DNA of 64,000 bases from Treponemataceae bacterium (GCA_963667725.2 CAXXHO010000003.1:288001-352000), one strand, 5' to 3'; counted from the stretch's first letter, positions 20,401-29,544 are shown. Numbers and translations are program-made. Notes: generated by a model from the letters alone, not told the origin.

Positions 20401-21720
20401 CGCTGCCACTTTTTCGGTGAATTCGCTCAATACGTGTATCTGGGTGCGGCGGATGAAGTTGTTGAAGAAGCGGGTCTTTATGGGGGAAAGCTTGGATGTG
20501 GGAACCTCGTACTCTTCCAGGATTCTGTTCAGAACGCCGCTCATCGTGTCTATGATGTCAGACTGCAGATAGCGTTGCAGTTCGTTGCATATGGATCCCA
20601 GGCAGCGTTTCGCCTTGATGAAATCGTATACGGACGATTCGCGAAGTTCGTCGATTTCCGCCTGATGGGTTTCGACATCGCCTATCGCGAGCCCCTTTAT
20701 GCTGGAGATATTGAGCAGTTCGCGCATCACCGCCAGCGTGTCCCTGAGGTTGCGGGGAGTGACCTCCGCGAAGTGGTTGTTTGTCAGATCGTTCGCGAGC
20801 AGGAAGACGAGCCTGCCCAGCGACAGGTCCAGAAGCAGAAAATCGTAGAGGCTTATCCGCGATTCGTGGAATGATTCCTTGAGGTAATGCTTGAAGCTCG
20901 CCAGGCGCTTCAGGAGATCGAGTTCGAGATAGGGCTTGGCCAGGTTGTCCGGCGTGAGCATTTCGAGAAAACCCTTCACTTCGGCCTTGAGGAAGCATCG
21001 TTCGAAAAGCCCCAGGTTCTGCTCGAGCTGTCGCTTAACGGACGCGAGATTTCCCTTCTCGTAATCCCATAGGTAATTCAATCGTTCCAGAAGATCTTCG
21101 GCGAGTTCGATGAAACGGTTCCCCTCGTTTTCGGCGGAAAAGAACCGCGGCAAAGCCACGTAACCCGCCTTTACCATCGGTTCGGCATTTCCCTGCTTCG
21201 CCAACTGAAGGTAAGGCAGCAGAAAGCAATGAATGATCCTAGGCGACAGGCGCCGGTGGACTTCTTTACGCAGGTCCCCCGCGAAACCCAGCAGAGGATC
21301 GTCCTCTCGGCGCTCCTCTTCGAATGCTTCGGCCGTCGCTCGGATCTGTTCTATCATTTCCTCGGCGTCCTGGCGCAGCGGCAGTTTCTTGAGCACTTCG
21401 CGGGCATAATAGATGAAGCTCGCCGACGGCTGGCGTACCGCCGCGAGCATTTCCCTCGCTTCCCGTTCTATGTCGGCGTAAAGGGTTTCGATATCGCCTT
21501 TCTTCTGCCTCATGTCGGGAACGCATTCATCCTGTCCCAGGAGGCGGAGATTGATAAGGAGTTCTATTAGAAGCTTGATCCGCTCCGTTTCGCCGGAGAC
21601 TGAGCGGACAAGACGCAGGTGGGAAATTATGCTTTCCCATGTGTTGAGTCGCAGAGCGTCGCCCCCTGCTTTCACTATGGAGGAAGGGCTTGCCCTTGTC
21701 AACAATTGGTGTGTAAGCAA
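17482..21720 (-). CDS. Multidomain protein: unknown N-terminal domain + PPDK ATP-grasp + phospho-His swivel + phosphoglycerate-kinase-like domain
   Basis: LGGKG, LLVSVRSGA..SMPG.M.TILN.G, DLEFTVE.G.LYFLQ.R, GRTSHAA; then VLVRVDANV, SHLG, LLENLRF, YVNDAF...HR.HAS, P.RPF. True start uncertain. Confidence 0.85.
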   Translation of the reverse strand: MLTHQLLTRASPSSIVKAGGDALRLNTWESIISHLRLVRSVSGETERIKLLIELLINLRLLGQDECVPDMRQKKGDIETLYADIEREAREMLAAVRQPSASFIYYAREVLKKLPLRQDAEEMIEQIRATAEAFEEERREDDPLLGFAGDLRKEVHRRLSPRIIHCFLLPYLQLAKQGNAEPMVKAGYVALPRFFSAENEGNRFIELAEDLLERLNYLWDYEKGNLASVKRQLEQNLGLFERCFLKAEVKGFLEMLTPDNLAKPYLELDLLKRLASFKHYLKESFHESRISLYDFLLLDLSLGRLVFLLANDLTNNHFAEVTPRNLRDTLAVMRELLNISSIKGLAIGDVETHQAEIDELRESSVYDFIKAKRCLGSICNELQRYLQSDIIDTMSGVLNRILEEYEVPTSKLSPIKTRFFNNFIRRTQIHVLSEFTEKVAAAVDRELERQTDDRQLYADLSPGKEGLDLDQKSFIAATWKETDERIRASLGGKGNSIIDMARLGLHVPPAFVLGYPFFAGWDTDGALKGKLTAAIREEVKELEKQSGRKLGDPEHPLLVSVRSGAPTSMPGVMATILNVGWSPEVRAHMEKRRGLHLTASLYRRFLENCLSALNLMSGLDGYSGLDGDAGLDGDAGLGGDSGSGQAGKEEESTVEAMEARLAAALGQRFLIDPEEQLLRCVGLVYGSRRSRAVNAYSRTLAANVNAETAVTIQQLAFGNLNQKSLSGVLITRNPITGDDELFGEFKRMAQGEEVVMGSANTEPISRLDPVIYEELERAKKLLVDHYRQDLDLEFTVEDGALYFLQARAARLGAFAQLVADTDFLGRGVIDLTEYRSRIDRLEMAYANAALPRADFLSRRWNPPLTVGVPINGGVVSGTLVLSEARLKEATARRESVVYIAYNTKPTDFDVMNGAHAIVTVYPGRTSHAAITAMSMNKPCIVGCDDVEIDYEKGLVIFHAAGDAVLREGERVTADGNTGAVYRGIAPISEFFLPLATVSAAVGRCPTAAETALVVRSLIDSELTRLHRETNLHRASLGEVVSFNGGFVLVRVDANVEILRGKASSMQRIRQIAPTLESILAKGGTPIVCSHLGDPGAGLDARLTREEISRDFSLGPIAKALGQQLGRQLVFHKTSVAASGLLITKKDIVPGTVNLLENLRFATGERDNDEAFSRSLAALSDGWYVNDAFNVCHRRHASITGVPKFVDHRLAGPMVAKELAILETLLENPPRPFIAVFAGRETRAQFGVMAALLPRVDSLAIIAPEGSDADRGGQATRFAPQAAQAMMDAFKVSYTDKLIMATEGKLDSEAGQELLARKLDGAKTILWSGQALLEELIPGSENRNPGKISAEKTDLHRAIRRGALTIVCSEEEKQSDTPDFHNLHISSGPRAFLEYLERLSLPGITALDPSVVAI
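19801..19872 (-). repeat. 18-bp in-frame tandem repeat (GLDGYS-GLDGDA-GLDGDA-GLGGDS)
   Basis: CCAAGCCCGCATCGCCGT occurs twice exactly, with degenerate flanking units. Confidence 0.85.
21674..21702 (-). promoter_or_regulatory. Putative sigma70 promoter of the PPDK-PGK fusion
   Basis: Minus strand TTGACA-17bp-CATAGT. Confidence 0.55.
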
Positions 21721-21818
21721 AGCCAGGAGGGTAAATCAAGGATTCAGTTAAGCCCTTCGAGAGAGAATTTCCTGCGATGCTTACGGCACAGTTTTTGCCG
21801 CCGACGCTTTCCTTGCCT

Positions 21819-22637
21819 TTATTTTTGCGGAGCCATCCATTCCAGGACTGTCCTCACCATTTCAGGGGCGAATTCATTGAAGGGGAAAATATGGCTCGCA
21901 CCCTGGATGATATGCGTTTCGAAGGATGCCGCATGGGGCGCGGCCCGGCGAATGTATTCCGCCACGTTGGTTGGGATCGTCTGGTCGCATTCGCCCAGAA
22001 TCAGCAATGTATGAGACTTCAGCTTCTTTAGATTCCTGCGACAGAGTCTATTCAGTCGCATCAACTCTGCGGCCGGCGCTACCATCACATCGGCCCAATA
22101 ATCAGGCTGCAAAGCCATTCTCGCCGGACTCTGCATATCAAAAGCTGAGAGGGGGCGGTTCTGGGGAATGACGGGTTTGAATCGCGCGATCAAGGGAGTC
22201 AAACCTATATACCTGATGGAAAGCTTGAAAGCCGGCGCTAACAGGATCAGTTTCTGTACGTCGAAACTGATCGCGACGGAAGAAGCCAAGAGCCCACCCA
22301 TGGAATGTCCCGCCACATGAACGACCTCGTATTCCGCGCGCAGCTCGAGATAGGCATCATAAGCCTTGCGTGTCCAATCCTCAGCCCTCGTCTGCAGAAA
22401 ATCTCGCCTGCAGGTGCCGTGTCCGGGATACCGCGGCGCGCGGACCGCGTACCCCGCGGACGCCAGGCCTTGAGCCAAGGGTTCGAGTTCGCCAGGAATG
22501 CCGCCGAAACCATGAAGCAGCAGCACAGCCTCACGCGCTCCATCCGGATCGATCCTGATCGGCAATGCCTCTTGCACGGGAAGTCTTATTTTTCTTGTCT
22601 CGGAATCGGTCTGAAGCAGCTCGTTAAGGCGTGACAT
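21819..22637 (-). CDS. Alpha/beta hydrolase (carboxylesterase/monoacylglycerol lipase-like)
   Basis: LLHGFGG, PGHG, GHSMGG nucleophile elbow, C-terminal D and H. Confidence 0.9.
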   Translation of the reverse strand: MSRLNELLQTDSETRKIRLPVQEALPIRIDPDGAREAVLLLHGFGGIPGELEPLAQGLASAGYAVRAPRYPGHGTCRRDFLQTRAEDWTRKAYDAYLELRAEYEVVHVAGHSMGGLLASSVAISFDVQKLILLAPAFKLSIRYIGLTPLIARFKPVIPQNRPLSAFDMQSPARMALQPDYWADVMVAPAAELMRLNRLCRRNLKKLKSHTLLILGECDQTIPTNVAEYIRRAAPHAASFETHIIQGASHIFPFNEFAPEMVRTVLEWMAPQK

Positions 22638-22706
22638 GGACCCATGCTAGCGCAGGATGAAGTTCAGAGCAAGCAAGGGCTCGGCGACGGGTCGCCCGGC
22701 TCGTCT

Positions 22707-23624
22707 CTATTGAACCACCTGGCAGATCGCTTCTATATATTCTTTGGCGATCGGCGACAAAGGTCGGCTCTTATTGACGATATAGCCAATCTCCAGTTTT
22801 AACTGTTTGTCGCTTAAGGTCAAAGCCCTGACATTCGTATAATACTGCGTGCTGGAATAAGCGTGCCTGTTATGCGTGCCGACCGTATAGGCATCCGTCG
22901 TCGCGATCAGCTCGTTGAGCGTCGCGCGGTCCTTGACGGTAATCCGCTTTTTGTTCTCCGCCATACCGAGATCCTCCCATTCGGGAGCCATGCTGTAGTT
23001 CGCGTCTCGGTACATTACAAAAGGATACTCGCCGAGCTGTTCCGTACTCACCTTGGTCTGTCCGTCCCTGCAGAGCGGGTGGTCTTTGCCCATTATGACG
23101 GCCACGCTCTCCGTCGCGAGCTGATGATATTCGATGCCGTTATTGCCCAGCATATGGATGATGAGGCGTTTTTGCAGCGCGGAAAGGATGATCAGGCCGA
23201 TTTCCGATTCCTGCGAACGCACCGAATCCACTACTTCCTGGAAAGCGCCTTCAAAAAAGGAGAATTGGAAATTATCGCCTTTCCACTTCTGGCATATATT
23301 GATGAATACGGTATTCGCGAACCTGAGATACTGGCTGGCGATGGATAGCGACAGAGTGGGGCGACCGACGAGGGAATCGCAGAACTCCCCCAGCATTTTG
23401 AACTGCCTGTAGGAAGGCTGCGCGTACGAGAGAAACTCCCTGCCGAAATGGGTCAGCTCGACCCCTTTCCCGGTTCGCTCGAAAATCCGCGAGCCTAGCT
23501 CCGTCTCCAGCTGCTTGAGCGAAAGCGAAAGGTTCGGCTGCGAGACATAGAGTTTCTGCGCCGCTTTGTTTATGGAACCCTCGGCGGCGATGGTCAGGAC
23601 CTGTTCTATCTGAGCCATGCGCAA
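22707..23624 (-). CDS. LysR family transcriptional regulator
   Basis: GSINKAAQKLYVSQPNLSLSLKQLE.ELG..IFER; divergent from the DUF5058 operon. Confidence 0.93.
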   Translation of the reverse strand: MRMAQIEQVLTIAAEGSINKAAQKLYVSQPNLSLSLKQLETELGSRIFERTGKGVELTHFGREFLSYAQPSYRQFKMLGEFCDSLVGRPTLSLSIASQYLRFANTVFINICQKWKGDNFQFSFFEGAFQEVVDSVRSQESEIGLIILSALQKRLIIHMLGNNGIEYHQLATESVAVIMGKDHPLCRDGQTKVSTEQLGEYPFVMYRDANYSMAPEWEDLGMAENKKRITVKDRATLNELIATTDAYTVGTHNRHAYSSTQYYTNVRALTLSDKQLKLEIGYIVNKSRPLSPIAKEYIEAICQVVQ

Positions 23625-23635
23625 GATTGACCTCT

Positions 23636-23705
23636 TATATCAAAAAACATATAGATAGTAATTAAAATTATATATTATTGCGATATATGAATCAAGTGTT
23701 ATACT
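23636..23705. promoter_or_regulatory. Probable LysR box and extended -10
   Basis: TATAT-N8-ATATA dyad at 23636-23653 in an AT-rich divergent intergenic region; TGtTATACT ending at 23705. Confidence 0.5.
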
Positions 23706-23742
23706 TTCCGGGCTGAGTCCAATAGGTGGAAGGAGGAAATAG

Positions 23743-24453
23743 ATGAAGGACTATCTACAGGTAGCCAATAGCCCGTACATGTATATCGGTGTCGTGCTGT
23801 TGCTGGGCATCGTCTGCTGGCAGGCCAGCGTATTCATCAGCAGATCGCTGAAGCGAGCGCAGGCGCTTGGAATCACCAGAGAAAAAATCAATAAGACGGT
23901 GAAAGTGGCCGCTTTGACCAGCCTCGTCCCTAGCCTCGCGATCGTAGTCGCTTTGCTGACGCTTGCTCCGGTCTTGGGGCTCCCTTTTTCCTGGACGAGG
24001 CTGTCCATCATCGGATCGCTTTCCTATGAACTGCTGGCGGCTGATATCGGCGCCAAGGCCGCGGGCGTCACCTTAGGCGGGGCGGGCTATGGTTCAGGCG
24101 CTTTTCTCGCCTCGGTCTGCACGCAGACAATCGGATCCTTCGTGACTTTAGGGCTCACTATCTTCGGATTTAAATGGTACAAGGATCGGCTGAACAGATC
24201 CCTGAAGAAAGCAGGGGACAAAAGCTGGAGCCGCATCCTGATAGCGGCAATCATAGTCTCCATGTATTCCCGGTTCATGGCCGAACCGGTCGCCAGAGGC
24301 GGAGTGGCGCTCGTCACGATGCTGGTCAGCGCGACATCGATGATACTCGTCGGTCTCTTGATCAAGAAATGCAAACTCAAATGGCTCTCCGATTTCGCCA
24401 TTTCTCTCAGCATGATCGTCGGCATGGCGGCCGCGATCGTCTATTCATTCTAA
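23743..24453 (+). CDS. DUF5058 family membrane protein
   Basis: YL.VANS, A..LGI, P..W.RLS.IGS..YEL.AA; multiple TM helices; GGAGG RBS. Confidence 0.8.
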   Translation: MKDYLQVANSPYMYIGVVLLLGIVCWQASVFISRSLKRAQALGITREKINKTVKVAALTSLVPSLAIVVALLTLAPVLGLPFSWTRLSIIGSLSYELLAADIGAKAAGVTLGGAGYGSGAFLASVCTQTIGSFVTLGLTIFGFKWYKDRLNRSLKKAGDKSWSRILIAAIIVSMYSRFMAEPVARGGVALVTMLVSATSMILVGLLIKKCKLKWLSDFAISLSMIVGMAAAIVYSF

Positions 24454-24467
24454 AAGGAGATCCTCGA

Positions 24468-25130
24468 ATGAAAAAAGAATTGACATACGACGAAAACGCC
24501 CATCGTTTTGGAAGGATCAGCCTCATTGTAGGAACGATAGCCACCTGTGTCTTCCCCGCCATACTGATCTTCGGCTTCCATGTCCCCGTCGACATCAGAA
24601 GCATCCTCAGCGGAGCCGGCAACATACTCATACTCATGATACCGGTGTCTCTCAGCGAATTCCTGAGCATTTCGCCGATGATAGGAACCTCGGCGATGTA
24701 TATCATGGTATTGACGGGAAACTTCACTAACCTGAAAATCCCTTCCTCCATCGCGGCGATGGAGGCTGTCGGCCTTGACCCCGCCAACTACACCGATGAA
24801 TCCGATGTGATCTCCACCATAGCGATGGGTGTGTCGACCATCGTCTGCATCGTCGTCATAGCGTTGGGCGCTCTGCTGATCGTACCGCTGTCCGGACCGC
24901 TTTCGAACCCCGTTCTTTCTCCCGCTTTCGAGAACATCGTTCCGGCGCTGTTCGGCGCGCTTGGAATGGGGATGATGTCCAAGAATTTCAAGCTCGCCAT
25001 AGCGCCATTTATCCTCGGCGTCGTCCTGCTCGCTACCGGGGTCATTCCCGGCGCGCTGGTTCTGCCTATCCTGATACTCGTCGGCATCGTCGCGGCCCGC
25101 GTCATGTATAAAAAGAATTGGGTGAAGTAA
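24468..25130 (+). CDS. Uncharacterised membrane protein (usual DUF5058 partner)
   Basis: AAGGAG RBS before ATG 24468; H.FGR, Y...LTGN..NLKIP, PALFGALG; about 6 TM helices. Confidence 0.75.
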   Translation: MKKELTYDENAHRFGRISLIVGTIATCVFPAILIFGFHVPVDIRSILSGAGNILILMIPVSLSEFLSISPMIGTSAMYIMVLTGNFTNLKIPSSIAAMEAVGLDPANYTDESDVISTIAMGVSTIVCIVVIALGALLIVPLSGPLSNPVLSPAFENIVPALFGALGMGMMSKNFKLAIAPFILGVVLLATGVIPGALVLPILILVGIVAARVMYKKNWVK

Positions 25131-25141
25131 AAAGGGAAATC

Positions 25142-26719
25142 ATGCTTGATCTATTGATAAAGAACGCCGCGGTCATCGACGGCACGGGCGCGGACCGCAT
25201 AACGAGAAATGTCGGAGTAAAAGATGGCCGATTCCGCCTCGATGGAATCGGGAACGCGGAAGCGGGGGAAACGATCGACGCCGACGGTCTGGCTCTGGCT
25301 CCAGGATTCATCGACGCCCATGGGCATTCGGACCTCTTCGCGTGGGTCGAACCGCTGTGTTCGGCCAAACTCCGCCAGGGCATCACCACCGAGATCGCCG
25401 GCCAATGCGGCATGTCTCCCGCCCCGGTCAGCGCGGAGTTCCAGCCTGTATATCGCCTGTATTATGAAAGCCAGGGCGCGCCGATCTATCCCGACCATAC
25501 GGAACTCACATCAGTCGCCGCCCTCATGGAAAGGCTGGAATCCCTGAAGCTCGGTATCAATCTGGCTGTATTCGCGGCCCAAGGCACGCTTCGCATCGCG
25601 GCGATGGGCTTGAATCCCGCCAAACCGGATAAAGCCCAAATGGATCGCATGCAAGCGCAGGCTCGGGAGGCGATGCAGGCCGGAGCCTTGGGAATATCCA
25701 GCGGCCTCATGTATCCGCCTGGCTCCTTTTCGGACGAGGACGAACTTGTCGCCCTGTGCGAAGCGGTCGCCCCTTACGGCGGCATCTATACTTCACACAT
25801 ACGCAATCAGGGAAACCAGCTCGCGCGAAGCGTCGAGGAAACGCTCTCCATCGCCCGCAGGGCGGGGATAAGCGCGAATATTTCGCATCATAAGGCCGCG
25901 GGCAAAGCCAACTGGGGGAAAGTGGCGGAGACAATCCGCATGATCCATGAAGAGGGGAACGCGACTCACGACGTATATCCCTACACGGCCAGTTCAACTT
26001 CCCTCTCGGCCACCCTTCCCCCTGCCTGCATGAAGGAAGGAATCGAAAAGCTGATCATTCACCTTGGGGATTCTTCCTATCTGCGGGAGCTTGAGAAAAG
26101 GATATTCCAGCCCTGCGAAGAATGGGACAACGACCTGCTGGAATGCGGTTATGACGGCATCCTCGTCATCGATGCCCCCCTCACCGCCGACGCGCCGGGA
26201 CTCACCATCGCGCAGTACGCGGCGAAACACGCCATGAGGCCCTTCGACGCCTATATCCATCTCCTGCGCGAGAACCGCCTGCATGTCAACGATGTGTGCT
26301 TCTCCATGTCGCAGGGCGATGTGGACACGCTCATCGGCGACCCGCTGTGCATGTTCGGGACGGACTCGCTCTATGTGCCTGGCATGAAGATGACGCATCC
26401 TCGGTCCATCGGCACCTTCCCGCGAATTCTGGGGAGAAGCGTCAGGGAGCAAAAACTCATCACTCTTGAAGAGGCGATCCGCAAGATGACCAGCCTGCCG
26501 GCGAAGCGCTATGGCCTATCGGGGAAAGGCATCATCGCGGAAGGGGCCGACGCTGATATGGTCCTCTTCGATCCGGAAACCGTCATGGATCGCGCCGACT
26601 ATACTTCCCCTCTTGCCGAAAATGTTGGAATCGCTGGAGTGTATGTAGGAGGAACGCTCGCGGTGGATCATGGAACGCCTACCGGAGCGCGCGATGGACA
26701 TGTGCTGAGAAAAGGCTGA
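25142..26719 (+). CDS. N-acyl-D-amino-acid deacylase (D-aminoacylase)
   Basis: PGFIDAHGHSD, QGITTE..GQCG, SHIR, SHHK, DVYPY.A.ST, GTD, HPR..GTFPR. Confidence 0.9.
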   Translation: MLDLLIKNAAVIDGTGADRITRNVGVKDGRFRLDGIGNAEAGETIDADGLALAPGFIDAHGHSDLFAWVEPLCSAKLRQGITTEIAGQCGMSPAPVSAEFQPVYRLYYESQGAPIYPDHTELTSVAALMERLESLKLGINLAVFAAQGTLRIAAMGLNPAKPDKAQMDRMQAQAREAMQAGALGISSGLMYPPGSFSDEDELVALCEAVAPYGGIYTSHIRNQGNQLARSVEETLSIARRAGISANISHHKAAGKANWGKVAETIRMIHEEGNATHDVYPYTASSTSLSATLPPACMKEGIEKLIIHLGDSSYLRELEKRIFQPCEEWDNDLLECGYDGILVIDAPLTADAPGLTIAQYAAKHAMRPFDAYIHLLRENRLHVNDVCFSMSQGDVDTLIGDPLCMFGTDSLYVPGMKMTHPRSIGTFPRILGRSVREQKLITLEEAIRKMTSLPAKRYGLSGKGIIAEGADADMVLFDPETVMDRADYTSPLAENVGIAGVYVGGTLAVDHGTPTGARDGHVLRKG

Positions 26720-26797
26720 ATACCTGTTTCCCGCCCCTCCATTGTGGAATACAATGCGTACTCGCAGTATGTATCGCCATGGAAGAGGTGGGGAGAC

Positions 26798-28285
26798 GTG
26801 CCATTTCACTATGATGTCCTGATAATCGGCGGAGGCGTCGTCGGATGCGCCATCGCCAGGGAGTTGTCGCGCTTTCAGGTAAAGACCGCGGTCGTCGAAA
26901 AAGAACTGGATGTAGGATTCGGAACGAGCTGCCGCAACAGCGGCGTTCTCCATGCCGGCTTCAACTATACCCCGGGAACGCTGCGGGCCTACCTCTGCGT
27001 GAAGGGGAACGCCCTCATGGATGAGCTTTGCCGCGACCTCAAGGTGAAGATCCGACGGATCGGCAAACTGACCGTAGCCCTCGACAAGGATGACGAAGCG
27101 ACGCTCCATCGTCTCAAGGCTCAAGGGGATGCCAATGGGGTTCCTGGCCTCGAGCTCATCGGCGGAGCGAGGATGCGGACGATCCAGCCCGGTGTCGAAG
27201 GCGCACTCGCCCTGTATTCTCCCTCCAGCTCGATACTATTGCCCTACGCCCTCACTATCGGCCTGGCGGAAAACGCTCTCGACAATGGCGCGCATTTCCA
27301 TCTTGGACAGGAGGTTGTCTCCATAGCGCAGTCGGCCGGATCAGGCTGGCGGGTGGGGACAGCTTCCGGCGACAGCTTTACGGCAGAGGTGATCGTCAAC
27401 GCGGCGGGGCTCTATGCCGCGGAGGTCTGCGGCATGGCGGGCATCATGGACTATCATATCTATCCATGCCGGGGCGAATACTATGTCCTGGACAAGCGGC
27501 TCAACGGAACGCTCAACGCGCTCATCTATCCCGCTCCGAAGAAAAACTCCCCCGGACTCGGAATTCATCTCACGCCCACGGTGGACGGCAACATCCTCAT
27601 CGGCCCCAGCGCCCAATACCTGGACGATCCCGCCGATTACGGATGCAGCGCCTGTGTCATGGAAGACCTCCGCCGCGAAGGCCAGAACCTCCTGCCCGAT
27701 ATACGAGTGACCGACTACATCCGCAGCTTTTCGGGCAACCGGGCCAAACGGACGCCTCCATCGGTCGGCGGGAACGCGGACTTCGTGATCGAAGACCGAA
27801 GGGACAAGGAGGGGTTCATCAACCTGTTGGGGATCGAAAGCCCCGGCTTGACCTCTTCGCCCGCCATCGCCCTGATGGTGAGGGAAATGGTGGAAAAGCA
27901 TGTCGTGCTGTGGCCGAATCCTTCCTTCAATCCGCTGCGTCAGGGCAGCGCCCTCTTCTTCTCCGAGCTTCCTTCGGAGGAAAAGGCCGACCTCATCGCG
28001 AAAAACCCCAATTATGGCGAAATCGTCTGCCGCTGCGAGAAAATCACGAAACAGGAAATACTCGACGCGATACATAACCCTCTTGGCGCCCGCACGCTCG
28101 CGAGCATCAAGTATCGCGCCCGCGCGTCGATGGGCCGCTGTCAGGGCGGTTTCTGCATTCCCCGGATCGCCCGGATACTCCGCGACGAGTTTGGCTTCAG
28201 ACCCGAGGATTTCCTGAAAAGCGGTGCAAGCTCTCCGCTCTTTGTGGGGAATGTGCGGCCTGCGGAAGCGGGGGCTCACCGATGA
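26798..28285 (+). CDS. FAD-dependent oxidoreductase (GlpA/LhgO-like) with C-terminal BFD-like [2Fe-2S]
   Basis: GGGVVG, TS.RNSG.LHAG, GI.SPGLT, CRCE...GRCQGGFC; GTG start after GGAG. Confidence 0.85.
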   Translation: MPFHYDVLIIGGGVVGCAIARELSRFQVKTAVVEKELDVGFGTSCRNSGVLHAGFNYTPGTLRAYLCVKGNALMDELCRDLKVKIRRIGKLTVALDKDDEATLHRLKAQGDANGVPGLELIGGARMRTIQPGVEGALALYSPSSSILLPYALTIGLAENALDNGAHFHLGQEVVSIAQSAGSGWRVGTASGDSFTAEVIVNAAGLYAAEVCGMAGIMDYHIYPCRGEYYVLDKRLNGTLNALIYPAPKKNSPGLGIHLTPTVDGNILIGPSAQYLDDPADYGCSACVMEDLRREGQNLLPDIRVTDYIRSFSGNRAKRTPPSVGGNADFVIEDRRDKEGFINLLGIESPGLTSSPAIALMVREMVEKHVVLWPNPSFNPLRQGSALFFSELPSEEKADLIAKNPNYGEIVCRCEKITKQEILDAIHNPLGARTLASIKYRARASMGRCQGGFCIPRIARILRDEFGFRPEDFLKSGASSPLFVGNVRPAEAGAHR

Positions 28286-29544
28286 ACGGAAAAACATCGG
28301 CCATCAGGGCCGAAAGCAGGGAGGTCGTGGTGATAGGCGGTGGCCCTGCGGGCCTCGCCGCGGCGATCGCCGCGAGGGAAGCGGGCTGCCGGGATGTTCT
28401 CCTCATCGAGCGTGACCGTCTCCTCGGCGGGATCCTGAATCAGTGCATCCACGATGGCTTCGGTCTGCTGACCTTCAAGGAAGCCCTCTCGGGCCCGGAA
28501 TACGCGTCCCGCTTCATCGCCAGGTTCGATGAGCTGGGCATCGAGGCGAAACTGGGAACCATCGTCCTTTCGCTTTCATCCGACCGAATCCTCGAAGTGA
28601 GCGCGATGGGCGGTTACGAGCGTATCGAAGCCAAGGCCGTGGTGCTTGCCATGGGCTGCAGGGAACGCGCGAGGGGAGCCATCTCCATCCCGGGAGACAG
28701 GCCGTCGGGGATCATCACCGCCGGTGCGGCCCAGAACCTCATGAACCTCGAAAACATCATGGTGGGAAAAAACATCGCCATTCTGGGTTCGGGCGATATC
28801 GGCCTCATCATGGCGCGGCGCATGACCCTCGAGGGCGCCCATGTCCAAGCGGTCTTCGAGATACTTCCCTATTCGAGCGGCCTTCCCCGGAACATTCAGC
28901 AGTGCCTGAACGACTACGATATCCCTCTTTTCCTGAACACCACGGTGACCGAAATCCGCGGCGCGGGGAGGCTGGAGGGCGTGAAAGTAGCCCAGGTGGG
29001 GCAGGACAGATCGCCCATTCCAGAAACGGAACGCTATGTGCCCTGCGACACGCTGCTGCTTTCGGTAGGACTCATTCCCGAGAACGAACTGACGAGAGAA
29101 GCGGGCATAGTCATGGACGCCGTGACGAGCGGCGCGCGCGTGGATGACGCTTTCATGACAAGCGCGCCTGGAATTTTTGCCTGCGGGAACGCGCTTCATG
29201 TCCACGACCTCGTGGACTGGGTTTCGGTGGAAGCGGCGGAAGCCGGCCGCCGCGCCGCCCTCTTCGCCGCGGGCGAGAAAAACGAATCACAGAGGGGAAT
29301 TCCCGTAAAGCCGGGGGAGGGCGTCCGCTATTCCCTTCCGCAGAGCGTTTCGGGCGAAGAGGATTTCACTCTATCGCTTCGCGTGACGGCGCCTTGGCGG
29401 AACAGGGCCGTAGTCGTCAGAAGCGGCGAGAAAATTGTGGCGCGAAAGATGGCCAGGCGACTTCATCCGGCCGAGATGATGCGGATCGACGTCGAGAAAA
29501 AGAACCTGGTCGGTTGTACAAGTCTGGGGGTGACGCTGGAATGA
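28282..29544 (+). CDS. NAD(P)/FAD-dependent oxidoreductase
   Basis: GGGPAG, GGILNQCIH.GFG, GSGDIGLIMARR, CGN.LHVHDLVD. Confidence 0.88.
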   Translation: MNGKTSAIRAESREVVVIGGGPAGLAAAIAAREAGCRDVLLIERDRLLGGILNQCIHDGFGLLTFKEALSGPEYASRFIARFDELGIEAKLGTIVLSLSSDRILEVSAMGGYERIEAKAVVLAMGCRERARGAISIPGDRPSGIITAGAAQNLMNLENIMVGKNIAILGSGDIGLIMARRMTLEGAHVQAVFEILPYSSGLPRNIQQCLNDYDIPLFLNTTVTEIRGAGRLEGVKVAQVGQDRSPIPETERYVPCDTLLLSVGLIPENELTREAGIVMDAVTSGARVDDAFMTSAPGIFACGNALHVHDLVDWVSVEAAEAGRRAALFAAGEKNESQRGIPVKPGEGVRYSLPQSVSGEEDFTLSLRVTAPWRNRAVVVRSGEKIVARKMARRLHPAEMMRIDVEKKNLVGCTSLGVTLE

